Shown here: piece after piece, positions 1 to 12,690 of the stretch
How positions within the stretch are numbered: position 1 is the first letter of the stretch
Layout: every line of letters begins with the position of its first letter
Assembly: GCF_963921235.1 (NCBI RefSeq)
Contig: NC_086109.1
Span: 5,644,001 to 5,708,000, forward strand
DNA from: Mobula hypostoma
Taxonomy: Eukaryota
Reading direction: 5' to 3'
DNA: 64,000 nucleotides
Program-made: the position numbers and the translations under genes
The notes under the pieces: model-generated
Database searches by the model: none
What the model was told of the DNA's origin: nothing
The model's input: the letters and a program-made list of their open reading frames with translations, nothing else

Positions 1-541
1 TAAAAAAATTAGCCCATCTCCTTTAAAGTTTTCCCCTCTCATTGTAAATGCCTGTCCCCCCCAACCAACATCAAACATTTCTACTCTGGGAAAAAGGTTC
101 TGACTGTCTACTCTATCTGTAATTGCAAAAACCTCTATCAGCTCTTCCCTCAGCCTCCAACACTCCAGAGAAAAGAACCCGTGTTTGACCAGCATCTCCT
201 TAAAGCTCAGCCCCTCCAATCCAGGCAGGCTCTGTGCACCTGGGTCCAGGATTTCCTCACTTGCAGACCCTGTCAGTATTTTGATAATAAATTTACTTTG
301 AACTTTGAGCCTCTTCTGCACCCTCTCCAAAGGTTCCACACCTTTCCTCTAATGGGGCAACCAACCATCAGGCAGGAGGTCCCATCCATCCAGCAATTTC
401 TTTGGCTTCCCCAACTTTCGGGCAGGAGGTACAATTAGCATTAGGACAAGAACTGTTAGGATCGTAAATACCTTCTCCCCCCCAACCTCATCTCCAAAGC
501 CCATAAGACTGCTGAATCCCCTCCCACCACCCAGGTCTCAT

Positions 542-1110
542 AGGATATAGGAATGGAATTAGGCCATTTGGCCCATCAAGTCTGCTCTGCCATTTCATCA
601 TGGCCAATCCAATTTCCCTCTCAGTTGCAGTCTCCTGCCTTCCCCCAACATCCCTTCATGCCCTGACCAATCAAGAATCTATCAATCTCTGCCTTAAATA
701 TGCATAATGACTTGTCCTCCACAGCTGCCCGTAGCAAAGGATTCTACAGATTCACCACCCTCTGGCTAAAGAAATTCCCCCTCATCTCCATTCCAAAAGG
801 GCACCCCTCTATTCTGAGGCTGTCCTCTGCTCTTAGACTCTCCCACCACAGGAAACATCCTCTTCACGTCCACTCTATCAGGGCCTTTCAACATTCAATA
901 GGTTTCAATGAGGCCACCCCTCATTCTTATGAATTCTGGTGAATCCAGGCCCAGAGCCATCAGACGTTCTTCATATGACAAGCCTTTCAATTCTGGAATC
1001 ATTTTTGTGAACCTCCTTTGAACCCTCTCTAGTTTCAGCACGTCCTTTCTGAGATAAAGGGCCCAAACCTGCTCACAATACTCCAAGTGAGGCCTCACCA
1101 GTGCTTTATA
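542..1110 (-). mobile_element. CR1-clade LINE 3' fragment in the copy A intron
   Basis: Encodes RPHLEYCEQVW...LERVQRRFTKMIP. Absent at the homologous site of copy B (about 18178). Confidence 0.85.
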
Positions 1111-1215
1111 ATCACGTATGAGTCACCAACAGCATTATACTGTTTACTTTTTAACTTGTATCATAAATGCACCAGATTATCTGTTAATTTATTTGTGGCA
1201 ATATTATTTTATGTG

Positions 1216-1250
<35 letters not shown>

Positions 1251-1548
1251 TGAGTTTTATGTATATTGTACACCTTGGTCTGGAGAATCATTGTTTCATT
1301 TGACAGTGTACATGAGTATACGTCTGAATGACAATAAACTGAACTTCAACTTGAACTTGGACTGCATAAAGTTTACACCAAATGAGACCAAACCAATGTT
1401 TTATACAACTGAAACATGCCTTCCTGACTTTTATACTGGGTGCCCGGCCGATGAAAACAACCATGTCACACGCGTCCCTTACCCCGCCATCTACCTGAGC
1501 AGCCGGTTCAGTACAGGAGCAGGCTGTGGGGGAACCGCTCATACTTAC

Positions 1549-1701
1549 TATTGTCTGCTTAATATCCAGGAAGGCTTGCTGGATCTGAGCCAGGCTGGCC
1601 GTCAGCGTGCACTGGCCGAAGGTCAGGCGCCTGCCGTGGACAGCCCAGAGGTGGCAGGCGAGCAAAGCGGCCAGGGTGTAGGTAGCGCCGAGAGTCCGCA
1701 T
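1549..1701 (-). CDS. il20l: IL-20-like cytokine, copy A, coding exon 1 (remaining exons presumably left of the window)
   Basis: Nucleotide sequence identical to 18564-18716 (offset 17015), with intact acceptor (exon starts at 1719), Kozak context and GTAAGT donor. No further exon seen in 1-1548. Confidence 0.85.
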
Positions 1702-2183
1702 GGCGAAGCAGCGAGGAACCTGCGACAGGGACGGGACATGGTCCGGTCAGTCGGTGTGGGGGCACAAGAGCGACGGCAGGGACCGGTCCCCGAGCGAGGC
1801 GTGGGACAGCAGGAGCCCCTCGCACCGGCCACTGGCATCACAGAGACCGTAACTCCGCCGGCTTTACCGCCGAGCATGGAGCGGTCCGTGTGCACTGTGA
1901 ACGCAATGATGAACACCAGATTCTGCCGATGCTGGGATGCCTCCTGTCCCGTTCCCCGCCCGTCCAGCTCACAGGTTAAAGAGAAGGATGGGCGAACGAG
2001 AAGAGATTAGTTTGAAATTTGCCGGAAAACCCGCGGCGCGGTGCACTGGAATAAAAATACAGAAAACGCTGGAAAGACTGAGCGAGTCGGGCAGAGTCGG
2101 CAGGGAGGGGAGCAGAAGATGATTCTAACGGTGCCCGAGGGACGGGGGAGCGAGACTCGAACTCGTGGCCAGGTGCACCCTAC

Positions 2184-2349
2184 CTGAAGCTTCTGAAGCG
2201 ACTGTACTGCTCTGCTGAGCTGGAGTGCCGGGCTGCTCAGGACGGGCTCCTTAAATACAGGTGTCGAGGAGCGGGGATCTCTGCTGATGTCCCCAGAACT
2301 GCCTGCTCCCTGCGGCCACACATTTCACTTCCTCACTCGTTTGCATAAT
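2184..2349 (-). promoter_or_regulatory. Predicted non-coding exon 1 (about 2225-2184) and proximal promoter of copy A
   Basis: Same elements as copy B: donor after 2184, TATTTAA 2257-2251, ETS-IRF composite 2332-2323, C/EBP-like site 2341-2349. Confidence 0.65.
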
Positions 2350-2489
2350 TCCATCTGCTCGCCTGGCCCGTTTACAGCAATTCCTCTCCAAACATTTCCA
2401 TTTCCTTCCTTTACCAAATGCACTGGAATGAGAGGCTTTGACACAATCTGTGTTGGTGGAGACCTCCAGCTGTGGCTTGCTGGTCAGTT

Positions 2490-3945
2490 ATGGCTCTTTT
2501 CCAGCTGTGCACCTTTAGCCAGATGTGCACCTTTAGCCAGCTCTTTATCGTTGGTTACCTGTGCACTTTCACCAGTTTTTCACCTTTTTCACAGCTGTGC
2601 AGTTCTGCCCAACTGTGCATCTTTGTCCAGTTGTGTATATTTGACCAGCTGTGTATCCTTGCCAAGGTGTGTATCTTTTCCAGCTCTGTATCTTTTCCAG
2701 CTCTGTATCTTTGCCAAGATGTGTGTTTGTCCAGCTGTTTATCTTGTCCAGCTGTTTACCTTTGACCAGCTATGTATCTTTATCCACCTGTATATCTTTG
2801 TCCAGCTGTGTATATTTGACCAGCTGTGTATCCTTGCCAAGATGTGTAGCTTTGTCCAGTTGTGTATCTTTTTCCAGCTGGTCACTTATGACTCTTTTCC
2901 AGCTGTGCACCTTTGTCCAGATGTTTCTCTTCGGTTACCTGTGAACCATGGCCAGTTCTGCACCTTTTTCCCAGCTGTGCAGTTCTGCCCAACTGTTTAT
3001 TCTTGTCCGGTTGTGTATATTTGACCAGCTGTGTATCCTTGCCAAGATGTGAATATGTGCCCTGCTGTGTATATTTGTCCAGCTCTGTATCTTTTCTAGC
3101 TCTGTATCCTTGCCAAGATGTGTGTTTGTCCAACTGTGTATCTTTGTCTAGCTGTGTATGTTTGTCCAGCTGTGTATCTTTGTCCTGCTGTGTATGTTTG
3201 TCCAGCTGTGTACCTTTGTCCAGCTGTTTATCTTTGTCCAGCTGTGTATCTTTGTCCAGCTGTGTATCTTGTCCAGCTGTTTACCTTTGTCCAGCTGTGT
3301 ATCTTTGTCCAGTTGTGTATCTTTTTTAAAAATCTGTCTATCTGTATAACTTTCACCAGCTGTGTATCTGTCGTCTACCATGTCTCTCTCGACAATTGCA
3401 GATCTCTTCCCATCTGTGCTTCTTTTGTCCATCTGTTTCCCTTCAAGGATTGAGGATCAATCTTATTCATCGGATACATTGACAGGATTAGGAATTTGCT
3501 GTGGGGTGTTGGTCAGGCTGTAACATGCAACACAAAACAACAACATTCAACCGTGATAAAGAGTAAAGATTTCTATAAAATGAAAGTTAGAGGGTACAGT
3601 CTGGGTATGGAATAAGATGTCCATAAACACATAAATAACAACATGGATTTAGAATGTAAATAGCATTATAAAATGTTCTGTCCAGCTGTTCACTTCTGCC
3701 AGCTGCTTACTTTCCCCAGCTGTTTCCCTTTGTCCAGTTGTTTCTCTTTCCCCAGATGTTATCCTGTGTTCAGCTGGCTCCATTTATCCAGCTGTTTCTC
3801 TTTCTCCAGATGCTAAGCTTTGTCCAGCTGCTTCTTTTCCCCCCAGATGTTACCCTTTGTCCAGCTGCTTCCATTTGTCCAGCTGTTTCCCTTTGGACAG
3901 CTGTTTCTCTTTCCCCAGATGTTAGCCTTTGTCCAGCTGTTTCTG
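2490..3945. repeat. 18-bp minisatellite, consensus CCAGCTGTGTATCTTTGT, interrupted at about 3440-3675
   Basis: Directly visible tandem units, which generate the CPAVYL, SSCVSL and VQLCIF pseudo-ORFs. Confidence 0.92.
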
Positions 3946-4012
3946 GATCATTTGCATCACTGGACAAAGCGGTCAGTGCAGAGATCCCCTGTGGCCATTC
4001 CTCTTCACAAAT

Positions 4013-4531
4013 ACAATACTGCAGAAACATCTCAGGCAGTTATATTTAGCTAGGGTACCTATGACTTTTGCACAGTACTGAACTAGCCAATGTGGAGCTG
4101 AGAGCGAGTTTGTTATACTGGCAGGAGCAAACGGTGTTGGAAATGGTGAGGGTGGAGTGCCCAAGGAAGGATGTGAGGCACGTGGGAGAGAAAGAGAACC
4201 AAGAGCAGGGGGTGATGAGGGTGCAGACACACCCAGCCCTGAGAAACCAGGCAAGGTCATTTGATTCCAAACAATTGGTTTATTGATCATTACTGAATGT
4301 CTCTCTGGTGCTTCCTGCTCCCTCCCCTCTCCCTTTCCCTTCTCCTTTGTCTCCCCTCTCCCTGCCCCCTTCCCACTCTCAGTCCGTAATGGAGACCCAT
4401 ATCAGAATCAGGTTTATCATCACTCACATGCATCATTTTTTTTTGCAGCAGTACGGTGCAATACATAAAATTACTACAGTACTGTGCAAAAGTCTTAGGC
4501 ACGCGAGATATATATATGTGCCTAGTACTGT
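4013..4531. mobile_element. Two tiny Tc1-like MITE remnants flanking another short repeat
   Basis: TIR-like CAGTACTGTGCAAAAGTCTTAGGCAC at 4478 and an imperfect reverse complement ending at 4080. Confidence 0.5.
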
Positions 4532-5559
4532 ATACCCCTTTGGACACTGTTGGGTGGGATGACCTATCAGGCCACAGCAGTAGATGCCAGGCTAGGGGCA
4601 CCACAGCCATCTCTAAGGTTCAGCAGGGAAGGTAAAGTCAGGCAGAATGATAGTGGTAGAAGACTCGATAGTTAGGGGGTGGACAGGAGAAGCTGTGGCC
4701 GTGAAAGAGACACCAAGGTGGTGTATTGCCGCCCAGGTACTGGGGTCCACAATGTCCCAGGGAGCCTGAAAAAGATTCTCATGAGAGAGAGAGAGAGCAG
4801 CCAGAGGTCGTGGTGAACATTGGCACTAATGATACAGGTAAAAGGGGGAAGAAGTCCTGGGTAGTGAGTATAGGGGGAAAGGGAACAGCAGGACCTCCAC
4901 GGTAGTAATCTCTGGATTACCCTCAGTACCACGTGCCAGTCAGGATGATAGCACAGATGGGTGAGTGGCTGAGGAACGGGTGCAGGTAGCAGGGGTTCAG
5001 GTATCTGGTTCGTTGGGATCTATTCTAGGGAAGGTATGACTTGTATGAAAGGGTTTAAACTAATTTGGCAGAGGGATGGGAACTGGAGTGATAGGGCTGA
5101 GGATGGGGCAGTTGGTATACAACTCAATGCATTGTGTAGTGGGACTGTGAGGAAGGACAGGAGGATGATAGGGCGACATTTGCAGTCAGTCAGATGAGTT
5201 GATGTGTAACATGAGACAAAATCGAAAAGAGTGAAGAATACAGGACTGTTGGTGTTATATCTGAATACACACAGTATATGGATAAGGTGGATAATATTAT
5301 AGCACAGTAAGAGATTGGCAGGCATGACATTGTGACCATCACTGAGTGGTGGTTGAAAGATCATGACCGTGAGTTTAACATCCAAAGATTAGATTAGATT
5401 AGATTAGATTCAACGTTATTGTCATTGTGCCGAGTACAGATACAAAGCCAATGGAATGCAGTTAGCATCTGACCAGATCTGTATCAAAAGGACAGGCCAG
5501 GACACAGAGGGGCCGGTGAGGCTCTCTACATAAAAAAACAAATTGAATTAAACTGAGAG

Positions 5560-6047
5560 CAACACACATCAAAGTTGCTGGTGAACGCAGCAGGCCAGGC
5601 AGCATCTGTAGGAAGAGGTGCAGTCGATATTTCAGGCCGAGACCCTTCGTCAGGACTAACTGAAGGAAGAGTGAGTAAGGGATTTGAAAGTGGGAGGGGG
5701 AGGTGGAGATCCAAAATGATAGGAGAAGACAGGAGGGGGAGGGATGGAGCCAAGAGCTGGACAGGTGATTGGCAAAAGGGATACAAGAGGATCATGGGAC
5801 AGGAGGTCCGGGAAGAAAGACAAGCGGGGGGACCCAGAGGATGGGCAAGGGGTATATTCAGAGGGACAGAGGGAGAAAAAGGAGAGTGAGAGAAAGAATG
5901 TGTGTATAAAAATAAGTAACAGATGGGGTACGAGGGGGAGGTGGGGCATTAGCGGAAGTTAGAGAAGTCAATGTTCATGCCATCAGGTTGGAGGCTACCC
6001 AGACGGAATATAAGGTGTTGTTCCTCCAACCTGAGTGTGGCTTCATG
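5560..6047 (-). mobile_element. Penelope-like element 3' fragment with hammerhead-bearing pLTR
   Basis: GIY-YIG C-terminal peptide EATLRLEEQHLIFRLGSLQPDGMNIDFSNFR*. Nearly identical to the plus-strand part of the 37 kb element. Confidence 0.85.
5621..5660 (-). ncRNA. Minimal type I hammerhead ribozyme motif
   Basis: agtc-CTGACGA-a-gggtctcggcct-GAAATATC-gact. AUC triplet; palindromic ATAT retained. Confidence 0.65.
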
Positions 6048-7880
6048 AATTAAATTGACTTTATTTCTTATGTCCTTCACATACACGAGGAGTAAAAATC
6101 ATTACGTTACACCTCTGCATAAATGTGCAATGTGCAATCATAGTAATTTATAATAATTTATAATAAATGGAACAGTCAATGTAACATAGAAATACACTCA
6201 AATCAGCGTGAGTTCATCAGTCTGATGGCCTGGTGGAAGAAACTGTCCCGGAGCCTGTTGGTCCTGGCTTTTATGCTGCAGTACCATTTCCCAGATAGTA
6301 GCAGCTGGAATAGATTGTGACTGGGGTGACTCGGGTCTCCAACGATCCTATGGGTCCTTTTTACACACCTGTCCTTGTAAATGTCCTGAATCATGGGAAG
6401 TTCACAACTACAGATGTGCTGGGCTGTCTGCACCACTCTCTGCAGAGTCCTGCGATTGAGGGAGGTACAGTTCCCATACCAGGCAGTGATGCAGCCAGTC
6501 AGGATGCTCTCAATTGTGTCCTTGTAGAAAGTTCTAAGGATTTGGGGACCCATACCAAACTTCCTCAACCGTCTGAGGTGAAAGAGGCACTGTTGTGCCT
6601 TTTTCACCCCACAGCTGGTGTGTACAGACCACATGAGATCCTCAGTGATGTGTATGCTGAGGAATTTAAAGCTGTTTACCCTCTCAACCCCAGATCCATT
6701 GATGTCAATAGGGGTTAGCCTGTCTCCATTCCTCCTGTAATCCACAACCAGCTCCTTTGTCTTTGCGACATTGAGGGAGAGGTTGTTTTTTTGACACTAC
6801 TGTGTCAGAGAGATGCTTCTTCCCTGTAGGCTGCCTCGTTATTATTTGAGATTAGGCCAATCAATGTAGTATCATCAGCAAATTTATTTAGCAGATTGGA
6901 GCTGTGGGTGGTGACACAGTCATGGGTATACAGGGAGTAAAAGAGGGGGCTTAGTACACAGCCCTGAGGGGCTCCTGTGTTGAGAGTCAGGGGGATGGAG
7001 GTGAGGGAGCCCACTCTTACCGCCTGTCGGTGATCTGACAGGAAGTCCGGGATCCAGCTGCACAAGGCAGGGTCAGGGTCAAGGTCTCTGAGCTTCTTGT
7101 CAAGCCTGTATGGAATTATGGTGTTGAATACTGAACTGTAGTCCAAGAACAGCATTCTCACATAAGCATCCTTCTCCAGATGTGTAAGGATGGTATGTAG
7201 CGCAGTGGTTATTGCGCTGTCTGTCAATCAGTTGTGTCATTAGGCAAATTTTAGGGGGTCCAGTTTGGGGGGCAGCATGCTGCAGATGTAGTCCTTGACC
7301 AGCCTCTCAAAGCATTTGTTTATTACTGAGCTGAGTGTGACAGGACGCCAGTCGTTCAGACATGCTACCTTGGTCTTTTTTGGTACGTGGACAATGGTGG
7401 ATAATTTGAAGCAGGAGGGCACTCTACACTGGGAGAGGGAGAGATTAAAAATGTCAGTAAACACACCCGCCAGTTGTCCTGCGTACATCCTGAGTACTCG
7501 CTCTGGGATACCGTCCGGTCCCGCAACCTTGCGACTAGCCACTTGCTGGAAACATCTGCGTACCTCAACCTCAGAGATGACCAGGTTGCAGGTTGTAGCA
7601 GTGGCTTTCCTCGGAGGCTCAGAGTTAGTGACATTGAATGCAGCGTAAAAGTGATTGAGCTCATCTGGGAGAGAGGCCGTTATGTTGGTAGCACCACTAC
7701 ATTTGGCTTTGAAGTCTACAATGGTATGCAACTCTCGCCACAACTTACGTGTGCTATTCGTTGTGAATCTTGACTCAGTCTTGTCCCTGTATTGTTGTTT
7801 CGCAGCCTTGATAGCTTTGCACAGATCGTAGCTGCTTTTCTTGAGCTCCTGCTGATTGCCGGCAATGTAAGCTGGATGAA
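6048..7880 (-). mobile_element. Rex1/Babar-type LINE, RT region, 5'-truncated and frameshifted
   Basis: ORFs contain [27 protein letters not shown] and IESILTGCITAWYG. Confidence 0.88.
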
Positions 7881-9657
7881 ACCAATCCTTATAAAGAGGT
7901 GACATGATCGGATGACGTAGGATCCTTGCGGCTAGAGTTATGAAACTACAAGGGTAGAAAGAACCCAATGGGAGTTACATGCATACAGTAGTCAGGATGT
8001 GGGGTATAATTACGAGAGATGGACAAGCCATGTAAAAAGGGGCATTGTTATGATAGGCATGGGCGATTTCAATGTGCAGAAACATTGGGGACGTCAGGTT
8101 GGCACTGTATCACAAAAGAGGGAATTTGTAGAATACCTACAAGATGGCTTTTTAGAGCAACTTGTGGTTGAGTCCACTAGGAGAAAGGCAATTCTGGATT
8201 AGGTGTTGTATAATGAGCCAGAATTAATTAGTGTGCTTAAGGTAAGTGGCCCTTAGGAGACAGTGATCATAATATAATAGAATTCACCCTGCAGTTTGAA
8301 AGGGAGAAGGTAAAGTCAGATGTATCGGTATTACAGTGGACTAAAGGGAATTAAAGAAGCATGAGAGAGGAAATGGCCAAAGTTTATTGGAAGGGGATAC
8401 TAGCAAGGACGATGGCAGAACTGCAATGACTGGAGTTTCTGGGAGAAAGTAGGAACGCATAGGATAGATATATCTGGAAGTTGAATGTATTCTAAGGAGA
8501 GGATGAGGCAACAGTGGATGACAAAGGAAGTTAAAGACAGCATAAAAGGAAAAGAGAGGGCATATAATCAAGCAAACTCAGCCACTGGACTCAGATTCAG
8601 TTACAGACGCACAGACATTGTGCCTTTGACAACTGCAGAGATTTGCAGAGCCATGCCATTGATGAATTATTTCATTGTGGCATTAAGTTTGGAGAAGCCC
8701 AAGCATCATAAGCAAATTTATTCCAGGACACACCATAAACATCCAGTATTCTTGAACTTCTGGATAAATTCCAGATACTGGAAATTCTGCCAGAATAGCT
8801 TCTTCCTCTACACCATCAGATTTATGAATGGACAATAAACCCATGAACACTACCTCACCATTTATTTTCTTTTTGCTCTCTTTTTGCACTGCTTAATTAA
8901 TTTACTTACTGTATATATTTTTATTGTAATTTTTAGGTTTTTAACTTATGCACTGCTTCTACAAAACAACATATTTCAGGACATACGCCAGTGATATTCA
9001 GCCTGATTCTGATTCGGACCCAGCGTTTGATGGAGTGTAGAAAAGTGGGAACATTCCCAATGTTAACATCCTGGATCTAGGAGTGATAGCTACACAAATT
9101 AGGTCACAAATTTGCATTGATAATTCAACAAGAAACACCCATATCAATAAGAAGTTGTCAGTGAGGTTAAGTGAGCCAATTATGAGGTTACGTCAGGTGT
9201 TCTTGGCTAGCTGAGTGACAAATCTGTTCCTTGCCCCCGGCATGTTGGAAAACACTGTCTTCTACCGATGGCGGCAAGACAATTTCCTGTCATGTGACTA
9301 CAAAATCTTCTCCTGCAGGCACTATGTCATTAAGAGATAATTTGCCTTTTAATACTTTAATTCTTGCAACTTTGCCAGTAAACAGTCAAGACCATGTCCC
9401 ACTTCCTTGAGAATTTATCAATGACCCTTCCCACAGCACATTATAAAACTCGTTTCTTCCTTCCTGTAAGAGGTGCTGTGGGCAGATGTGATTTCCATGA
9501 CAATGCGCGCACATTGCAAGGGATTTCCAAAGGTCCTGTATTTCCAAAATGCCACTCAACACCCCCAAGGTTCTCTGCAGACGAGATTGGGATTATAATA
9601 TGGAAAATACAGCAGCTGGTTTGTACACAGCTGAGTCCCTGCACAGCTCCTGAATGA

Positions 9658-10162
9658 AGGACAAAGAAGGTTCACCAGATTGATTCCTGGGATGGCAGGA
9701 CTTTCATATGAAGAAAGACTGGATGAACTGGGCTTGTACTCGTTGGAATTTAGAAGATTGAGGGGGGATCTGATTGAAACGTATAAGATCCTAAAGGGAT
9801 TGGACAGGCTAGATGCAGGAAGATTGTTCCCGATGTTGGGGAAGTCCAGAACGAGGGGCCACAGTTTGAGGATAGAGGGGAAGCCTTTTAGGACCGAGAT
9901 TAGGAAAAACTTCTTCACACAGAGAGTGGTGAATCTGTGGAATTCTCTGCCACAGGAAACAGTTGAGGCCAGTTCATTGGCTATATTTAAGAGGGAGTTA
10001 GATATGGCCCTTGTGGCTACGGGGGTCAGGGGGTATGGAGGGAAGGCTGGGGCGGGGTTCTGAGTTGGATGATCAGCCATGATCATAATAAATGGCGGTG
10101 CAGGCTTGAAGGGCCGAATGGCCTACTCCTGCACCTATTTTCTATGTTTCTATGTTTCTATG
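9658..10162 (+). mobile_element. Young CR1 3' fragment with (TTTCTATG)n tail
   Basis: Uninterrupted ORF 9680-10063 (RRLRGDLIETYKI...FFTQRVVNLWN) and an octamer tail at about 10139-10162. Confidence 0.9.
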
Positions 10163-11850
10163 TTCCCCTGGATCGCTGCCCTGACTGGTTTTCAGATTAG
10201 TGCTGTGGGAATTTTTATATCCAGCTGGGAGAGCTGCTGTATCCTCTGTTTACATAATCTAAACTAATTTTTACACTTCAGATGACAGGTGCCTACTCTG
10301 AATTGTTAGCATTAAATTAGACTGGCTCTATTTGTCACTTGTGCGTCGAAACATACAGTGAAACGCGTTGTTGGTGTCAATGGTCGGAGGATGTGCTGAG
10401 GGCACAGTGTCATAGTGTCACCATGCTCCCGGTGCAACATAGCATGCCCGTGACTTAGCAACCCTTTGGAATGTGGGAGGAAACCGGAGCAGCCGGAGGA
10501 AACTCACACGTCCATGGGGAGAACATAAAACCTCTAATAGACGGTGGTGACAATTGAACCCTGGCGAGTGGTCACTGGCGATGTAAAGCGTTACGTTAAC
10601 TGCTATGCTACCGAGCCATTCCAAGGCTTGGTACTGCGCACAAGGTCACATTAATTTTTAAGTTCTGAGGAGATTGCACATGGCAGGTCCATAGTGGAGC
10701 GTTGATAGAATCATTTGCTTCAACAAATCACTTCTTCCACTGACTGTACAAAACAACAAAAGGGGTGTTGTTTTAACCCTGAAGGTTTCTACCAAGACCC
10801 ACAATTGACTACAGATGCTAGAATCTGGAGCAAAGATGACCATCACCCACACACACCTCCACCTTGCACTGTGCGGAGAGGCTGGATGAACCTGGGTTGT
10901 TTTCTCTGGAGCGTGGGCGGCTGAGGGGAGAACTGATAGACCTTCATAAATCTATGAAAGACACAGACAGAGTAAGTATCTGGCATCTATTTCCCAGGGT
11001 CGATATGTCTAATACTAGAGGGGATGTGTTTAAGGTGAGGGTAAAGGTAGAGGACAGATATTTGAGCAAGTTTTTATTGCATGGCGAGTGGAGGGTGCCT
11101 GGGATGTGCTGATGTGGTGGTGTGGAAGCAGGTGAGATGGAGGTGTTTTAGAAACTCTTGGATGTGCAGAGAGTAGAGTGTTAGGGACCATGTGGAAGCA
11201 AAAGGAATTATGTGCCATTAGCTAAATTAGTTCAGCACAGTATTGTGGGCTGAAGGGCCAGTTCTTGATCTTTCTGTTCTATGTTCTGAGTTCTACATTT
11301 ACAGTTCCCCTCCTGCTACTTTTCCTATTTTCCCCCTTCACCTCCCTCATTTGGTTCCTCTCCATCAGATCCCCCATCTGCAGCCACTTCCAATCATCAC
11401 CTCCCAGCCTCTATTGGTATTTCCACTCTCCACTCTTTCATCTGCCTATCATTCCTCCTCACCTGGATCCACTCATCACCTGCTCTATCAACTCCCGGCC
11501 TCTGCTGCTATCCTCAACTCTCCCCCTCCATCTGCCTATCACTCCTCCTCACTTGGATCCACCTGTCTCCACCCAGACATTGTCACCATTCCCACCCTCC
11601 CCTCCTCCATCTGCCTATCACCCTCTCACCTTCCTCACACGGATCTACCAATCACTTGCCAGCTTTTGCTCCACCCCTTTCCTCCACCTCTCCCTCTACC
11701 TATCTTCCCCCCCTTTTATCGTTTAATCCAGATGAAGCATCTCGACCCAAACGTTGACTGTCCACATCTCTCCCCAGAAGCTGCCTGAATTGCAGAGTCC
11801 TTCCAGCGTCATGTGTGTTGTTTATCTGGATAAGCTGCTCTCAGATTTTG

Positions 11851-12690
11851 AACATAGAACATAGAACATAGAATAGTACAGCACAGTACAGGCCCTTCAG
11901 CCAACAATGTTGTGCCGACCCTCAAACCCTGCCTCCCATATAAGCCCCCACCTTAGATTCCTCCATATACCTGTCCAGTAGTCTCTTAAACCTCACTAGT
12001 GTATCTGCCTCCACCACTGACTCTGGCAGTGCATTCCATGTACCAACCACTCTGAGTAAAAAACCTTCCTCTAATATCCCCCTTGAACTTCCCACCCCTT
12101 ACCTTAAAGCCATGTCCTCTTGTATTGAGCAGTGGTGCCCTGGGGAAGAGGCATTGGCTATCCACTTTATCTACTCCTCTTATTATCTTGTACACCTCTA
12201 TCACGTCTGCTCTCATCCTCCTTCTCTCCAAAGAGTAAAGCCCTAGCTCCCTTAATCTCTGATCATAATCCATACTCTCTAAACCAGGCAGCACCCTGGT
12301 AAATCTCCTCTGTACCCTTTCCAATGCTTCCACATCCTTCCTATAGTGAGGTGACCAGAACTGGACACAATACTCCAAGTGTGGCCTAACCAGAGTTTTA
12401 TAGAGCTGTATCATTACATCACGACTCTTAAACTCTATCCCTCGACTTATGAAAGCTAACACCCCATAAGCTTTCTTAACTACCCTATCCACCTGTAAGG
12501 CAACTTTCAGGGATCTGTGGACATGTACCCCGAGATCCCTCTGCTCCTCCACACTATCAAGTATCCTGCCATTTACTTTGTACTCTGCCTTGGAGTTTGT
12601 CCTTCCAAAGTGTACCACCTCACACTTCTCCGGGTTGAACTCCATCTGCCACTTCTCAGCCCACCTCTGCATCCTATCAATGTCTCTTTG
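11851..12690 (-). mobile_element. CR1 LINE 3' fragment with (TTCTATG)n tail
   Basis: ORF 11986-12726 contains WQMEFNPEKC and RPHLEYCVQFWSP. Confidence 0.9.

Larger units (their letters stand above)
1298..2575. repeat. Near-identical duplicated block, CpG-island-like (partner about 18312-19591)
   Basis: About ten differences by eye over about 1.28 kb. GC- and CpG-rich relative to its surroundings. Confidence 0.92.
4535..8570 (+). mobile_element. Degenerate CR1 LINE (ORF1 end and endonuclease region) split by nested insertions at about 5560-7880
   Basis: Collinear with the CR1 at 58-62 kb; sequence resumes at about 7882. GDFN endonuclease motif in ORF 7999-8202. Confidence 0.75.

Noticed and set aside
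1087..2010. 307-aa plus-strand ORF and its twin at 18396-19025
   Set aside because: Antisense shadow of the GC-rich il20l exon and intron. It runs through a (GT)n tract and repeat relics, and the 5' part differs between copies by a frameshift.
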